This document shows positions 41,801 through 53,800 of a DNA stretch of 64,000 bases, piece by piece. This stretch comes from Convolutriloba macropyga (lineage: Eukaryota), in NCBI RefSeq assembly GCF_964194025.1, contig NC_134468.1, positions 57,908,001 to 57,972,000 on the forward strand, read 5' to 3'. The notes beneath the pieces were generated by a model that ran no database searches, was not told the origin of the DNA, and saw only the letters and a program-made list of their open reading frames with translations. Both the position numbers and the translations under genes were made by a program. Positions within the stretch are counted from its first letter, which is position 1, and each line of letters begins with the position of its first letter.

Positions 41801-44800
41801 CAAGCTATGAACAAAGGTAAAGCGAAAAAATTTTAGTACGAAGTAAAAAAAAACATAGCAGTACAAGTCCTGACGTACAATTCAAAGAATTTTAATTGAC
41901 TAAACAAAAAACTGGACCTAGAACGGACTATGAGCCAATTGGGAAAACCATTTCTAAAAAAAATCAGATAAAAAAAACAAAAAAAAAACAAGAAAATCAA
42001 TGTCAAAATGCCGCTAGCGAGAACAAAAAACCACTAGCGAGAAGTAAAAAGTTGATTCTAACAAAAAACTAGGCCTCGAATGAACTAAGAATGGATTGGG
42101 AAAACCATTTAGAAAAACATCCGATCCAAAAAATTCGAACCAAAGTGAAATGGCCGCATGTGAACAAAAAACCACTAGCGAGAAAGCGAAATTTTGTTCA
42201 ACCACCGTTCTCACTCTACTTTAAAATTAGAGCGAAAAAAATTCACGCCACAAAACCACTCGCTTTTTCGCTCCATTTACTGTTTCGGCGTGCCCAAAAT
42301 CACTACTCCAATTTGACTTCAAAAATCATGAAAATTAAGAACAGATCTTAAAAAAAAGACAGAGCCCCAATACAATTCAAATTCTTTGAATTGTAATAAA
42401 AAAGGAGCGCTATAATAGCCAGCTGAGAAGCTGAGGCGGCTATTAATATCAGAAACAACTCAAACAAGTTGTTTTTCATTTGTTTTATCTTAGGAACCAA
42501 CAAAAATCAAAAAGGAGGGTAGAATCGAGTCCACGAACATCACGCGATAAATCATTAAAATCTGCTTTCTGTCGTTCTTCAGAAGCTTTGCTGAACCGTA
42601 CGCCTAGCCTATTAAAGCTCTGTCAGGGCTACTCTGAGACTTGATGCCCGCAGGCGTTTACCAATTTATGCCATTTTTGAAGATGCGAAGTCAAGTTAAA
42701 TTGCACAATCGAGCAGAATAATATTCCAGCTAAAAAGTCTAGTTAAAAACGGTCAAACAAAAATTTTAAATAAAAGGCATACGTTCAGAGTAATTGCTTT
42801 AAACTTCGTTCGAGTGCAACCAATCAATTTCAGAGCACTTTTCAGCAGTAAACGACGGTCACCAACTAAGTTAAGCCGCTTTAAATTCTTAATGAGAGCA
42901 AATTAACACGCGAAAATCAAGGAGTCACATCGGAAAATTATTTGGAATTCAGTTAAACAAAAACGCTCAAAAGAAAAATTAGATGTATTCTGCTTGCCCC
43001 GCCTTAAAGGACATATAATTCACGACTCCCAGGCGCACGTACTAGTTCGTTACATATTAACATTCTATATAACAACACATAATTTGTAACTGCGAGCATA
43101 AAAACATTGGGGTGAAACAAAAGAGATCCCAAAAATCGGTAGCACAAATTGCATAAAAATCCGACAACACTAAACTAATTGCAACAAATTCTGTTCTTTG
43201 AGAACAACAATGCACGGAAAAATTACCTTAGAATACTATTCTACTGTAGAAAGTTTCTGAAAATGAAGACACAATTTAGCTCACATTTTAATACTGGTTA
43301 TGAGGCAGAAGATTTCTAAGTACAGGTAGGGGCGGGTTAACGGTATTTAGGGGAAACGGTTGTTTGACGAAACTGACGAACGCGCGGTCAGAGGGCCCGA
43401 GTTTGCAGTCATGGACCAAGTTGACTCAACAAAGAAAATACTGAAGCATCACTATAACAAAAACGTCAAAAGTAAAAAATACCAACAGGGCCCATATAAT
43501 TGCTGCAAGCACCAAATACTCTAAAGATAATTATGAAACCAGAGCCGTAAAAGGTGAAAAATTTTACACATGGAAATTTGAAAAATCCGCGACCCATTGC
43601 CGAAAAACGTCCGCCATAACCCATAACCCCCATTGGGATTGGAAGAACAGAAAATGAAAAACATTGATTGCTCTACGAACATTTTTGAAGCGCGAGCTAA
43701 TTTGATTGGATCTTGTAGTTAGGAATACTCGTTTGCCTAAAGAGACGATAAAGGGACTAGTATTAATAGCATTAAAAACATTAGACCAGGTAACTAGAAA
43801 CATAGCCGGCAGATTGCCGGAAAATAGCCGCGATAGACGCTCGTGGCCTTCCATGAATTGAAACACCTAAAGAAATAAGATAGACAGATCGACCACCAGT
43901 CCTTCAATAGACCACTAGACTTTTCGGGTTAGCTTCGGACTGTCAATTTTTTGACACATGCGTTCTCTAAGGAAAAAGACCTTAAAGAGCTATTTCAAAA
44001 TTGATATTCGAAATAAAAAAAACTCAAGACTAATAATCACAAATTAGGGCATATAAGATTGGCACTACTTAGATGCACACTATTAACTAGTAAATCTTCA
44101 TAAAAAATTAAAGTTCCTTAAGTGAGTTCAGAAGTCTTTTTTTAGTGAGGTAAGTCACGCAATTGACCTAAAAGCAGAAACGACGTCACGTACACAAATT
44201 TTAAATGCAAAGCAATAGAAGTCACTGAAGTCAATTCCAAGAAGTCAATTCCAAGAAGTCAGGTCGTAAGAATCATCGATGGAGACGACGAATTAAAAAA
44301 AACCACCATGTCCCCAATAATAGCCGCTATCGCTTCGCGGCTATTAAAAAGAAAGTTCTATTTTGACTTTCTTCGATAATTATTCTGTTCACTTCTGAGT
44401 GACTTGCTCAGCAATTGCTCTTTAAAAGCATTTTGAGTTTCAATGACCAACAATGAAAGTAGCCTCGAGAAGACAACGAATTCATACAAAATGTTGCAAC
44501 ACAGGTGACAGATTGCCAAAAATAGCTGCGATAGCTTTGTAGATCTACAGCCTTAAAAAGATTACAGACAAATAAGATAAACTTCTCTAGTTTTGATTCA
44601 CTGCTGAGATGTTGAGCACCTTAGTTTTAATTGATAACCTGTATACTTATTGCTGCTTCCATTAGCTGCTCTAAAATAACCTTCAAAAAATTCATTTTAA
44701 AAGTGAGCAAAATCATTTTTGAGAGTGATGTAAGTGATCACGCAAATGAACAAAAACCTCGCTCCTCTAGGAATGGAAAATGACGTCACGCAAGCAATTC

Positions 44801-47800
44801 ATTCAAAATTGCATGAATGAAACATAGCCGACAAATTGCCGGAAAACAGCCGCCGTTGACGCGCTTGATGCAGATCGGGATTGAAACAAAAAAGATAAAA
44901 TTTGACATAATTTTTTTGCTTTTTTTCAAGGTCAAAAAGTGTTACAATTTGGCGTGCAGTTTCAGTTAGATTCTAAAACTAAACTTAATTCAGCTTCTAA
45001 ACTGAAAGCTATTAAACTTAATGCTATTGTCAGCTATCAATTGCTAATAACTTTGATAACCTAATGCTCTGAATTAATGAGCGGGCTTTATCGGTTTATC
45101 CCGTTTCATTTGATTTCGGTTTATCCCGTTTCTTTCGACAATATTCACTACATTGCGTAATTCAATGCCTGAAAGAATTTAAAATATACTCAGTTAAAAC
45201 AGTGAGTGAGGTAAGTCAGAAGTCAATCGTGAAAATAGTGATTTATGTAAAACAAAAAACGTGATCAAAGGGTAAAGCGAATTGAAACAGGAGAACGCCT
45301 AAATAATATCCGTTGAGAGGCTGACAGCGGCTATTAATAAACAAAAGCAGAATTCAAGTGATCGCGACGTCATGAGGTGGTAACAAAATTCTTGACACAA
45401 TAATAAAAACAACCGGGAGAATTCCGGAAACACTTCGAAACTTCTCCAAACAAAAGTAACCCAGCAAAAAATTTTATAAGGGAATTGAAGTTAACTAGCC
45501 TACTGAAAACACAAAACGGAGCGCAATCTAGCTATTATCATAAAAGATTGAAAAGCAACACTACCAAGGATGGGACAAAGCATAGAGCATGGGATACTGA
45601 CAAAATCGAACTAAATTGAGATAAAAAAAAACTGCGTTCTGCAGAACTCCTGAAAAAGTTTAATCTACAACAAACGCAATTCAATTAATGACTTGGAAAT
45701 TTGATCCGAAATAATAAGAAATTTAAAATTTCTCAGGTGAAAAAATCAAAAACAAGTCATTTAAAATCTAATATATTTCTATATAGCTTGATTGCAGAAA
45801 AGACTGGTTCAAAAATAAAGGTCAACTTTTGGTAGAACACATTGACGGTCACCAAAAAACTTTTAACAACTGTTTTTAGTTAGATAGTTCTACCCATGTC
45901 ACGACCGCAATTCAGTTGAAATTGCATGAAAGAATGCACAAAAAGCAGATTTGAAGTAACTGTGACGTCATATGACAGTAACAAAAATCTTGATTAAAAA
46001 ATAGCCGGCCAAGTCCGACACAATTCAAAGAAGTTTCACTGACTAAGCAAAAAAACAAGAATGGACCTAGAATGGACTATGAATTGATCGCGACAACTAT
46101 TTAGAAAAAAAAACATATCAAAAAAATGTCAAAATTCCGATGTGAACAAAAAAACAGCTAGCGATAAAGCAAATTTTTGTTCAAACACCATCTACTCTCT
46201 TTAAAATTAGAGCGAAAAAATTTTTCGCCGCAAAATCACTTGCTTTTTTGCTCCACTTCCTGTTTCGGCGTGAACAAATTATTCCAATTTGACTTCAAAA
46301 ATCATGAAAATGTGTAAACATATCTTAAAAACAGACAGCGCCCCAATACAATTCAAATTCTTCGATTGTAAAAAACCAAGAGAAGGCCGATAAGCGCCCC
46401 AGTTACCGCTTTGCGGCTATTAACCAGGAACACCGCAAAATAGCTACGATCAGCTTACAGCTTCGCAGCTATAAGACACGCCTCTACTCTTCCCGTCGTA
46501 AGAAATAGGCCTGCTATAATAGCCGGCTAAGAAAATGAGGGCGGTAATTAATAACAAAGCAGCAGTGACTCACACGTAGAATCTAGGATCGTCCCTTTGG
46601 TCCTCGTACTCCTCCAAAAATTCCTTGAGTCTCTTCGCTTCTTTGATCTAAACATTACAGCTTGTGTTAATCAACGATGCTCAAAGCCGATGACATCCCA
46701 GGAGCTGCCTAGAGTGAAACGTACACTATGAATAAACGAAAACACTTTCTTTTACATAGACTATATACAGCCGGCGGCTTGGCATTCGCAGACATGCTAA
46801 TCATAGAAGAAAGTGACGCTGACCTGTTCTTTGAGTTTGTCTCGTTCTTTCTCCCGTTCCTTTTCTGCCTCTCTGATCTTCTTTTTCTCTCTTGTTTCCC
46901 AACTCTTCAGTCTCTCCTGGTAGGCGGCTTCTTTCTCCCTCAGCTGCTTCTCTAACTTCTCTTGTTCTCGACGCTCTTCTTCCTCTTCGTGCGAGGCACC
47001 ACCACCTCCTGATCTGAAGACACACCAAACACACGCGTTATATAGCGCCAATTGACCATAAAATTGGGTTCGAAATTCTCATTTATTTAGAAAGTGCTCC
47101 CTATTGATGATTCAAATATTTTCTGGTAAAAATTGGAGCAGTCCCCCCATGTACAATGGTTTGAAATATATTTTAAAATCCGCCGAATAGAGGTCAAGAT
47201 GTTACCTTCTGGATCGTGACCTTGACCTCCTTCTCTCTCGTCTACTCTCTGCATCTCTCTCCCGCTCTCGTTCGCGTTCTCGCTCCCTCTCCCTTTCTCT
47301 ATCTCTCTCCCGTCTCTCCTCTTCTCTTCGACGTCTGGCTCGCTCACGTGCCGGAGAAGGCGATGAGACTCTTCTGCGTCTACTTGGACTGGAACGCTTC
47401 GAAGATCTCTCACGTGACCTGTAAGTATTAAGGCTATTCACTGGCTACTAAAAATTAGCGATATTAACTATTTTCTTCACTACTTGAACACCCTAACGCA
47501 ATATTTTGTCCCACTTCGATTGAAAACCAGCCTAACATTATTTTTAGAATAGATCGAAAGGAAAAGAAAAACATAGCCGGCAGATTGCCGGAAAATAGCC
47601 GCGACAGACGCTCGTGGCCCTCCATGAATTGAAACACCTAAAGAAATAAGATAGACAGAACGACCACCAGTCCTTCAATAGACCACTAGACTTTTCGTGT
47701 TAGCTTCGGACTGTCAATTTTTGACACATACGTTCTATAAGGAAAACGCCCTTAAAGAGCTATTTCAAAATTGATATTCGAAATCAAAAACTCAAGACTA

Positions 47801-50800
47801 ATAATCACAAATTAGGGCATATAATATTGGCACTACTTAGATGCACACTATTAACTAGTAAATCTTCATAAAAAATTAAAGTTCCATAAGTGAGTTCAGA
47901 AGTCATTTTTTTGAGTGAGGCAAGTAACGCAATTGACCTAAAAGCAGAAACGACGTCACGTACACAAATTTTAACTGCAAAGCAATAGAAGTCACTGAAG
48001 TCAATTCCAAGAAGTCAGGTCGTAAGAATCATCGATGGAGACGACGAATTAAAAAAACATAGCAGGACAAGTCCTGACCTACAATTCAAAGAATTTTCAT
48101 TGACTAAACAGAAAAACTAGACCTAGAATGGACTATGAGTGAATTGAGAAAACCAATTTTGAAAAAAATCAGAACAAAAAATTAAGAAATAAACAAAAAA
48201 TCAATGTCAAAATGCCGCATGTGAACAAAAAAAACCACTAGCGAGAAATGAAAATTTATTTCAAAAAAAAAAACTAGGCCTAGAATGAGCTGTGAATGGA
48301 TTGGGAAAACCATTTAGAAAAAACCTATCCGAAAAATCCAAAAAACAGTAAAAATCAGAGTGAAATTGCCGCATGTGAACAAAAAACCACTACCAAGAAA
48401 CCGAATTTTTGTTCAAACACCGTTTTCTCACTCTATTTTAAAATTAGAGCGAAAAAAATTCACGCCGCAAAGCCACTCGCTTTTTCGCTCCATTTCCTGT
48501 TTCGGCGTGACCAAAAACACCACTCCAATTTGACTTCAAAAATCATGAAAATGTGTGAACAGATCTTAAAAAAAAGACAGCGCCCCAATACAATTCAAAT
48601 TCTTTGAATTGTAAAAAACCACGATGTCCCCAATAATAGCCGCTATCGCTTCGCGGCTATTAAAAAAAACACCATGAGTTCGTTAACCTCAAAGCAACAG
48701 TTAAGAGAGCAAATTACAGACACTAATGGTATCATTGAAAGACCAAACACGCAACTGAACCTTTTCTTGTGCTCTTTGTCTTCTCTCTCACGTGACCTCT
48801 TGGGCTTGGAGCTCTTTTTCTTGTCAGTTGTACTTTCCGATTCACTTTCCTTATCACTACCCTCTTCTGCTTTCTTCTTCTCCTTCATGCGCTTTTTCAC
48901 CTCTTTCTCAATCTCCTCCTTGTCAGGTCCATTGTCATCCTAAACATCCTCACAGAATCACTAACTCAGAACCAGAGAACCCTGCACCTTCCAAACAACC
49001 CCATCCTTTAAAACGCGAACAAAAAAAATGACAGAACAGATAACTGCTCGGTTTCCACTTATATTCAATGACCGATAGGTTTAAAATTCAAAGGAGGGGT
49101 CCTCATTTTAAAAGAGAAACTCTGGGGCCAAAACTGATTCACACAAAACGTTACATGTACATATAGTATAATGATTTTGAAAATAAATTGGCTAAGAGGT
49201 TGATTGGTGAATTGAGTAGAATAAGAACTTTGCGGTGATCGATTTGGTGTTCTCGCCCAGTCATTGGTTGAAGAAGTTGTCTCTCTCAATTGCGCCCATT
49301 TTGTAGCCAATTCCACAACTTGTTCAACACCGAAGAGAGAAAGGTGAGTTGAATTTTTCCTTAGTGGTTGTTTTCCTAGAAAGTATGCACAGTCCACAAA
49401 ATGTCAGATGAACTGGATTTGGTACTTTCGTCATGCCAATGAAGTTTCCACTATTTTCAGGAACCACAGAACGAATCATCAAGTGAAGAAAAAAGTTTCT
49501 TAAAAACTGTGCAAAAATTGATCAACACTTTGCATTCATTCCAATTTTTGTTTGCGTTAATTATTGACTTATCAATGCAACCAAACTAGCCTTTTCTAAG
49601 TACATTAGCCACTCTTGTTATAATTGATGGTCCAAAAAACTTTGAATCTTTTCTGCTAGCGCCCCCCCCCCCCCCCCCGCTTAGTTAGGCACCCCCATTT
49701 ATAAATGTGTAAACATATTGTTAAAACTAAGTAATCTTATACGTGAACATATATGAGCAATATGCATTTACTAAAAGCTAGCACAGCAATGGTTTGAAAG
49801 TATTACGTATTCAACCAAAATTTGTTGCATATAACGCAAGCATCAATAAAAATTTCTGTATTAGATCATTTTTGGTGTTATCGGCTACAATAAGGGCTTG
49901 ATTTTTTTAAAACTTCTTAAGGAAACTATTCTAAAACTGCCCTCAATCTACCCATTCACTCTTGATTCAATGAAATGCAAATATCGCTCTTACAATTCGC
50001 AAAAACTTAGATTTTGGGGGGTGCAAATTTAACGGCTATATAAGGCTGGAGGGGGGGGGGGGCGCTAGCAGAAAAGATCCAAAACTTTAAATAATTGAAA
50101 GCAACTTATTTTTACTAAAACATGTGAACTCTCAAACAAAATGTGTGAATGCTGAATTTTCTAAGTTCCTGTTTATTTGATTTGTGTTATAGGGAGTATA
50201 AATTTTTTCATTTTTAGATATCTGCTTCTCTTTGGAGATCTAACCAAGACAGAATCTTTCGCTCTGGGCTGAATTATCACGATTATTTTTTTGCATTATG
50301 ATTCAAACTCAATGCCTCGTTTTCAGAACTTATAATCAATTGAATTATAAGTTTTGTATACAGAAACTGATCATTGTACGAGCAGACTTGAAAATAAGCG
50401 AAACCCAGCTGAAGCATGCCTGACATTTATCGTTGATGCCTTAAAAGTATATTGCCCTTTATAGATTCTATCCGAAATGGAGTGATTTCCATTGCCACCG
50501 TTTTAGAGTGACGACTTTCAACTATTTTAAACAGTTAGTTTGGGAGATTGGAGTATCATTACAAAATCAACAAGGAATAAGTTCGAAAAAGCTTCATTTT
50601 AACAATAACACCCACTAATTGTGAAAATTTGCATTAATGAAAAAAATTCACAATACAGCTGTATTAATTTGAATTGAAACACAAAAATTGATTAGGAAGA
50701 ACCTTAAAACAATTTAGGTAATGGTGAAACTAATTTGAACGTTGTTTCAATAATGAACAAAAAAGTTCTCAAAACACCGCTCGGTGAAATAATAACAAAT

Positions 50801-53800
50801 GGCAAAACTAGTGCTTGAAATCGCGAACTTTTTTTAAAAAAAATCAAATTAAACAGTCGGATTCAACTTGTCCCATCAAGTTCAGAGTAAGAGTGTATTT
50901 TGTGCACAAGTATTTAAATTAAATGTTATTTAATGACACCTCCTTCTTCACTTTCTTTCACTTACTTGAAATTTAAGAAAACCTAAGACTTCCGGAAGCA
51001 CCTGATTTCACAATTTAGCGTCAATTTTGAAGCCTCTATAAAAGTTTGATACCAAAAAGCCTAATAAAATATTCGCTCATCATCCAAGCATACAGTTGAT
51101 TTGCTTTGTTTTAGATCGTATGTCCAGTTTCAACAAACACCATGAAAATCGAATTCTAACGGCGCAGGGCAACAACGTCATTGCCAAGAAAGTTCTGAAT
51201 TATACATCACTCAAAATTGAACAAAACCAGGGCAACTATGTTTTCCTTTCAAAATTTTCAACAGTTTTTGGCATCTTCAAGTTTAAGCATAACCGACTGA
51301 ACATGATCAGCCTGCTCTCAAACAACAAGCCTGGATCAAATCTCTACGTGAGTCGATAAGGGGTATAAATGTACTAATAGATTTAAAAATTATGGTAATA
51401 AAACTTATTGGGTACATGACAATGTACCCAATGCCATTCCACCCACTGCAAAAATACAATTCCAATATAGCTAATTTTAATAATAGTAATGAATCATCAC
51501 TTTAATGGTAACTTTGATAAAGAATGCGCAAAGTACAAATGCGAAATGGCAAATCCTAACTGTACAAATAAAGGACAAAGCAAGACGAAAGGACGTTAAC
51601 TGTTAGAGAGCTTGCACAGAAAAACTTACAGAGAGCAGAAAAGTTCGACAAATCAAATGCCGCTTTTGAATCAAACAGCCTTTTAGGTTTAAGCGCCTTT
51701 GAGGTCAAACCACCTTCAGGTCAAATTTGTGTGAAGAACACATGAAAGATAACGCAAAACATTAAAGAACGTTCCAAGCGCAATTGGCTGAGCGGTTAAT
51801 GACAGCAACGAAAAATACGAAGAAAGTTTGAATTCCGGTGATTAAAAACTGCTCAAAAAATTGAAAGTTGACTTGACAATACGATCGGAAACAGAAACAA
51901 AAAACTTGGATGAAAATGGGAAAACCTGCCAATACCAGCTATGGATACTGATGGCAGCGGGTGGGGAGGGGAATCAAGAATACCACAGAGAAAATCCAAT
52001 GTCAAATTATCAGCTCTCTGGCTTTTCTAGTTTTTGAGTAACGCTTTTTCACAAAAAATTATTCAATAACACCACAAAACGCACATATAACAACTATAGA
52101 AGCTCAGGAATGTGTATAATAAGCAAAGGAACGTAAATATAATAAATCATTTGAAAAATTTTTTGCAATGATTTGACTTCACACAAAACTATTTCTTTCG
52201 GCTCTTGTTCTCCTTTCCGCTTAAAGCTTTGTTTATGTTGAACTTTGACATCGAGTGACATCTTCTCTTGCAAAGTCAGAAGGCAAGCATGCTCGCCTTG
52301 AAAAAGGGACGTAACGCCCTAAAGCGAGCCTTCAATTGCATTTCTGATTCTTGCTAAGCCTTCGGCTGTATATTTGTTGTCGTAAAACAGACAAAAATGA
52401 AAATAGCAGCCTTTTATCACTTGACGGATATTGTTCTGAGAAGATATTTATTGCAGCCTTTTCGAAATCTAGGACAATTTTCTCAGGGGAAACTATCAGT
52501 AAGTGCACGCAAGCCAACAAAACAATCCCAAACTAGTTCTCTCTTTTCTTGCTCAGTAGAGCATAAATACAAGGTGGTTAAAATCCTCCAATCTGAACAT
52601 GACATTTGTAAGACAGGTACATTTAAATGGGAGACATTCTGAAAGGTTAATCACTGAGCCGAAGCGAATTGTTGGTTCTTGTATTCCAAAAATCATCATT
52701 CTCTCGTTATCATATCCGTGCCCGTAAAGGGAGATTTCTTTAAACTTGGCGGGCACTGCGAAATGTCTGTCTGTAATTGGCGGCACTTCTAGGTTTACAG
52801 ATGCTTCTGCGCGGTTTATGATCCTAATTTTTGTAGATCTGACTGGATTCTCTTCCGTTCTTGCGGTTTCTTTTATTTGACCTAGAATCTGTTCTGCTTG
52901 TACTTGTCCGGGAAAAATTTCAAGACTATGCTCGTTTTCTCTTTTGAAACCCATCTCTATCAAAAATTAAAGCTAATCGGTTCTGCAATTACGTAACGCA
53001 ATTAATTTCGCCCATATTTAGCGTCTATTTTTTGAATGTAACGAGTAGAAACGCATGGAAATATGTCGGACAATTTAATTTTCGTGATAATTTTGCGTCT
53101 TGTTTACTTAAAATGCGTCTGATTGGCTAGTTTGTACTTAATTATAGACTGTTACCTTAATTGTGGGATTGTACGCTAATTTCAAGCTTATAACTATTAA
53201 ATTATAAATAGGGTAGTTTGGCAATGAGGATAATTGAATTGGGTGTTTTGTCATTGGTTAATCTGGCATTGCGTATTTTGGCAATGAGTATTTTGGCACA
53301 TTGGGTATTATGGCATTGGCTATATTGTTATTGGATATATTGTCCAAATATATAGCTTATTATAGACCAATACCAAGATTTGAAATGAAAAATGAAACCA
53401 ATTTTTGCGTACTTTTGACTCAACTTTCAAACATAACCCACTAAACGTCGGAAGAATTGCTCTCGAACGACTAGTGGGAGCTGTAATCAATTGCAGCCTG
53501 CTTCAATCGGGCGGGAGGATCCTAAATGGGACTAAGAATTTCAATAGTAGGCTTCAAATAACGACATTAGAGGTTCACATATACCACTATTAAGATTTAA
53601 AGTGAAAATGGCACCAATTTCGGCACTTTTCATATTACTTTTAGTATTAAATTGCAGCCAATTGAGTTCAACTGCTTGAAATTGTGATTGAGAGAGAATT
53701 TTAGATCACGCGAAACGCAAAAAGCCAAGGGAGTAAAAGTTACTCGAAAAGTCAAAACGGTCAAGCAAAAATTTTGCATAAAAAAGACACACGCTTACAA

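Noticed and set aside
49405-49492. Possible C/D snoRNA on - (TGATGA...CTGA...TGACGA...CTGA)
   Set aside because: No terminal stem and no convincing rRNA complementarity that I can recognise; such boxes are expected by chance in 27 kb of AT-rich intron. A snoscan or Rfam hit would revive it.
51785-51838. tRNA-like A box TGGCTGAGCGG with B-box-like GTTTGAATTCC
   Set aside because: No cloverleaf and a degenerate B box; at best a SINE relic inside the MULE remnant.
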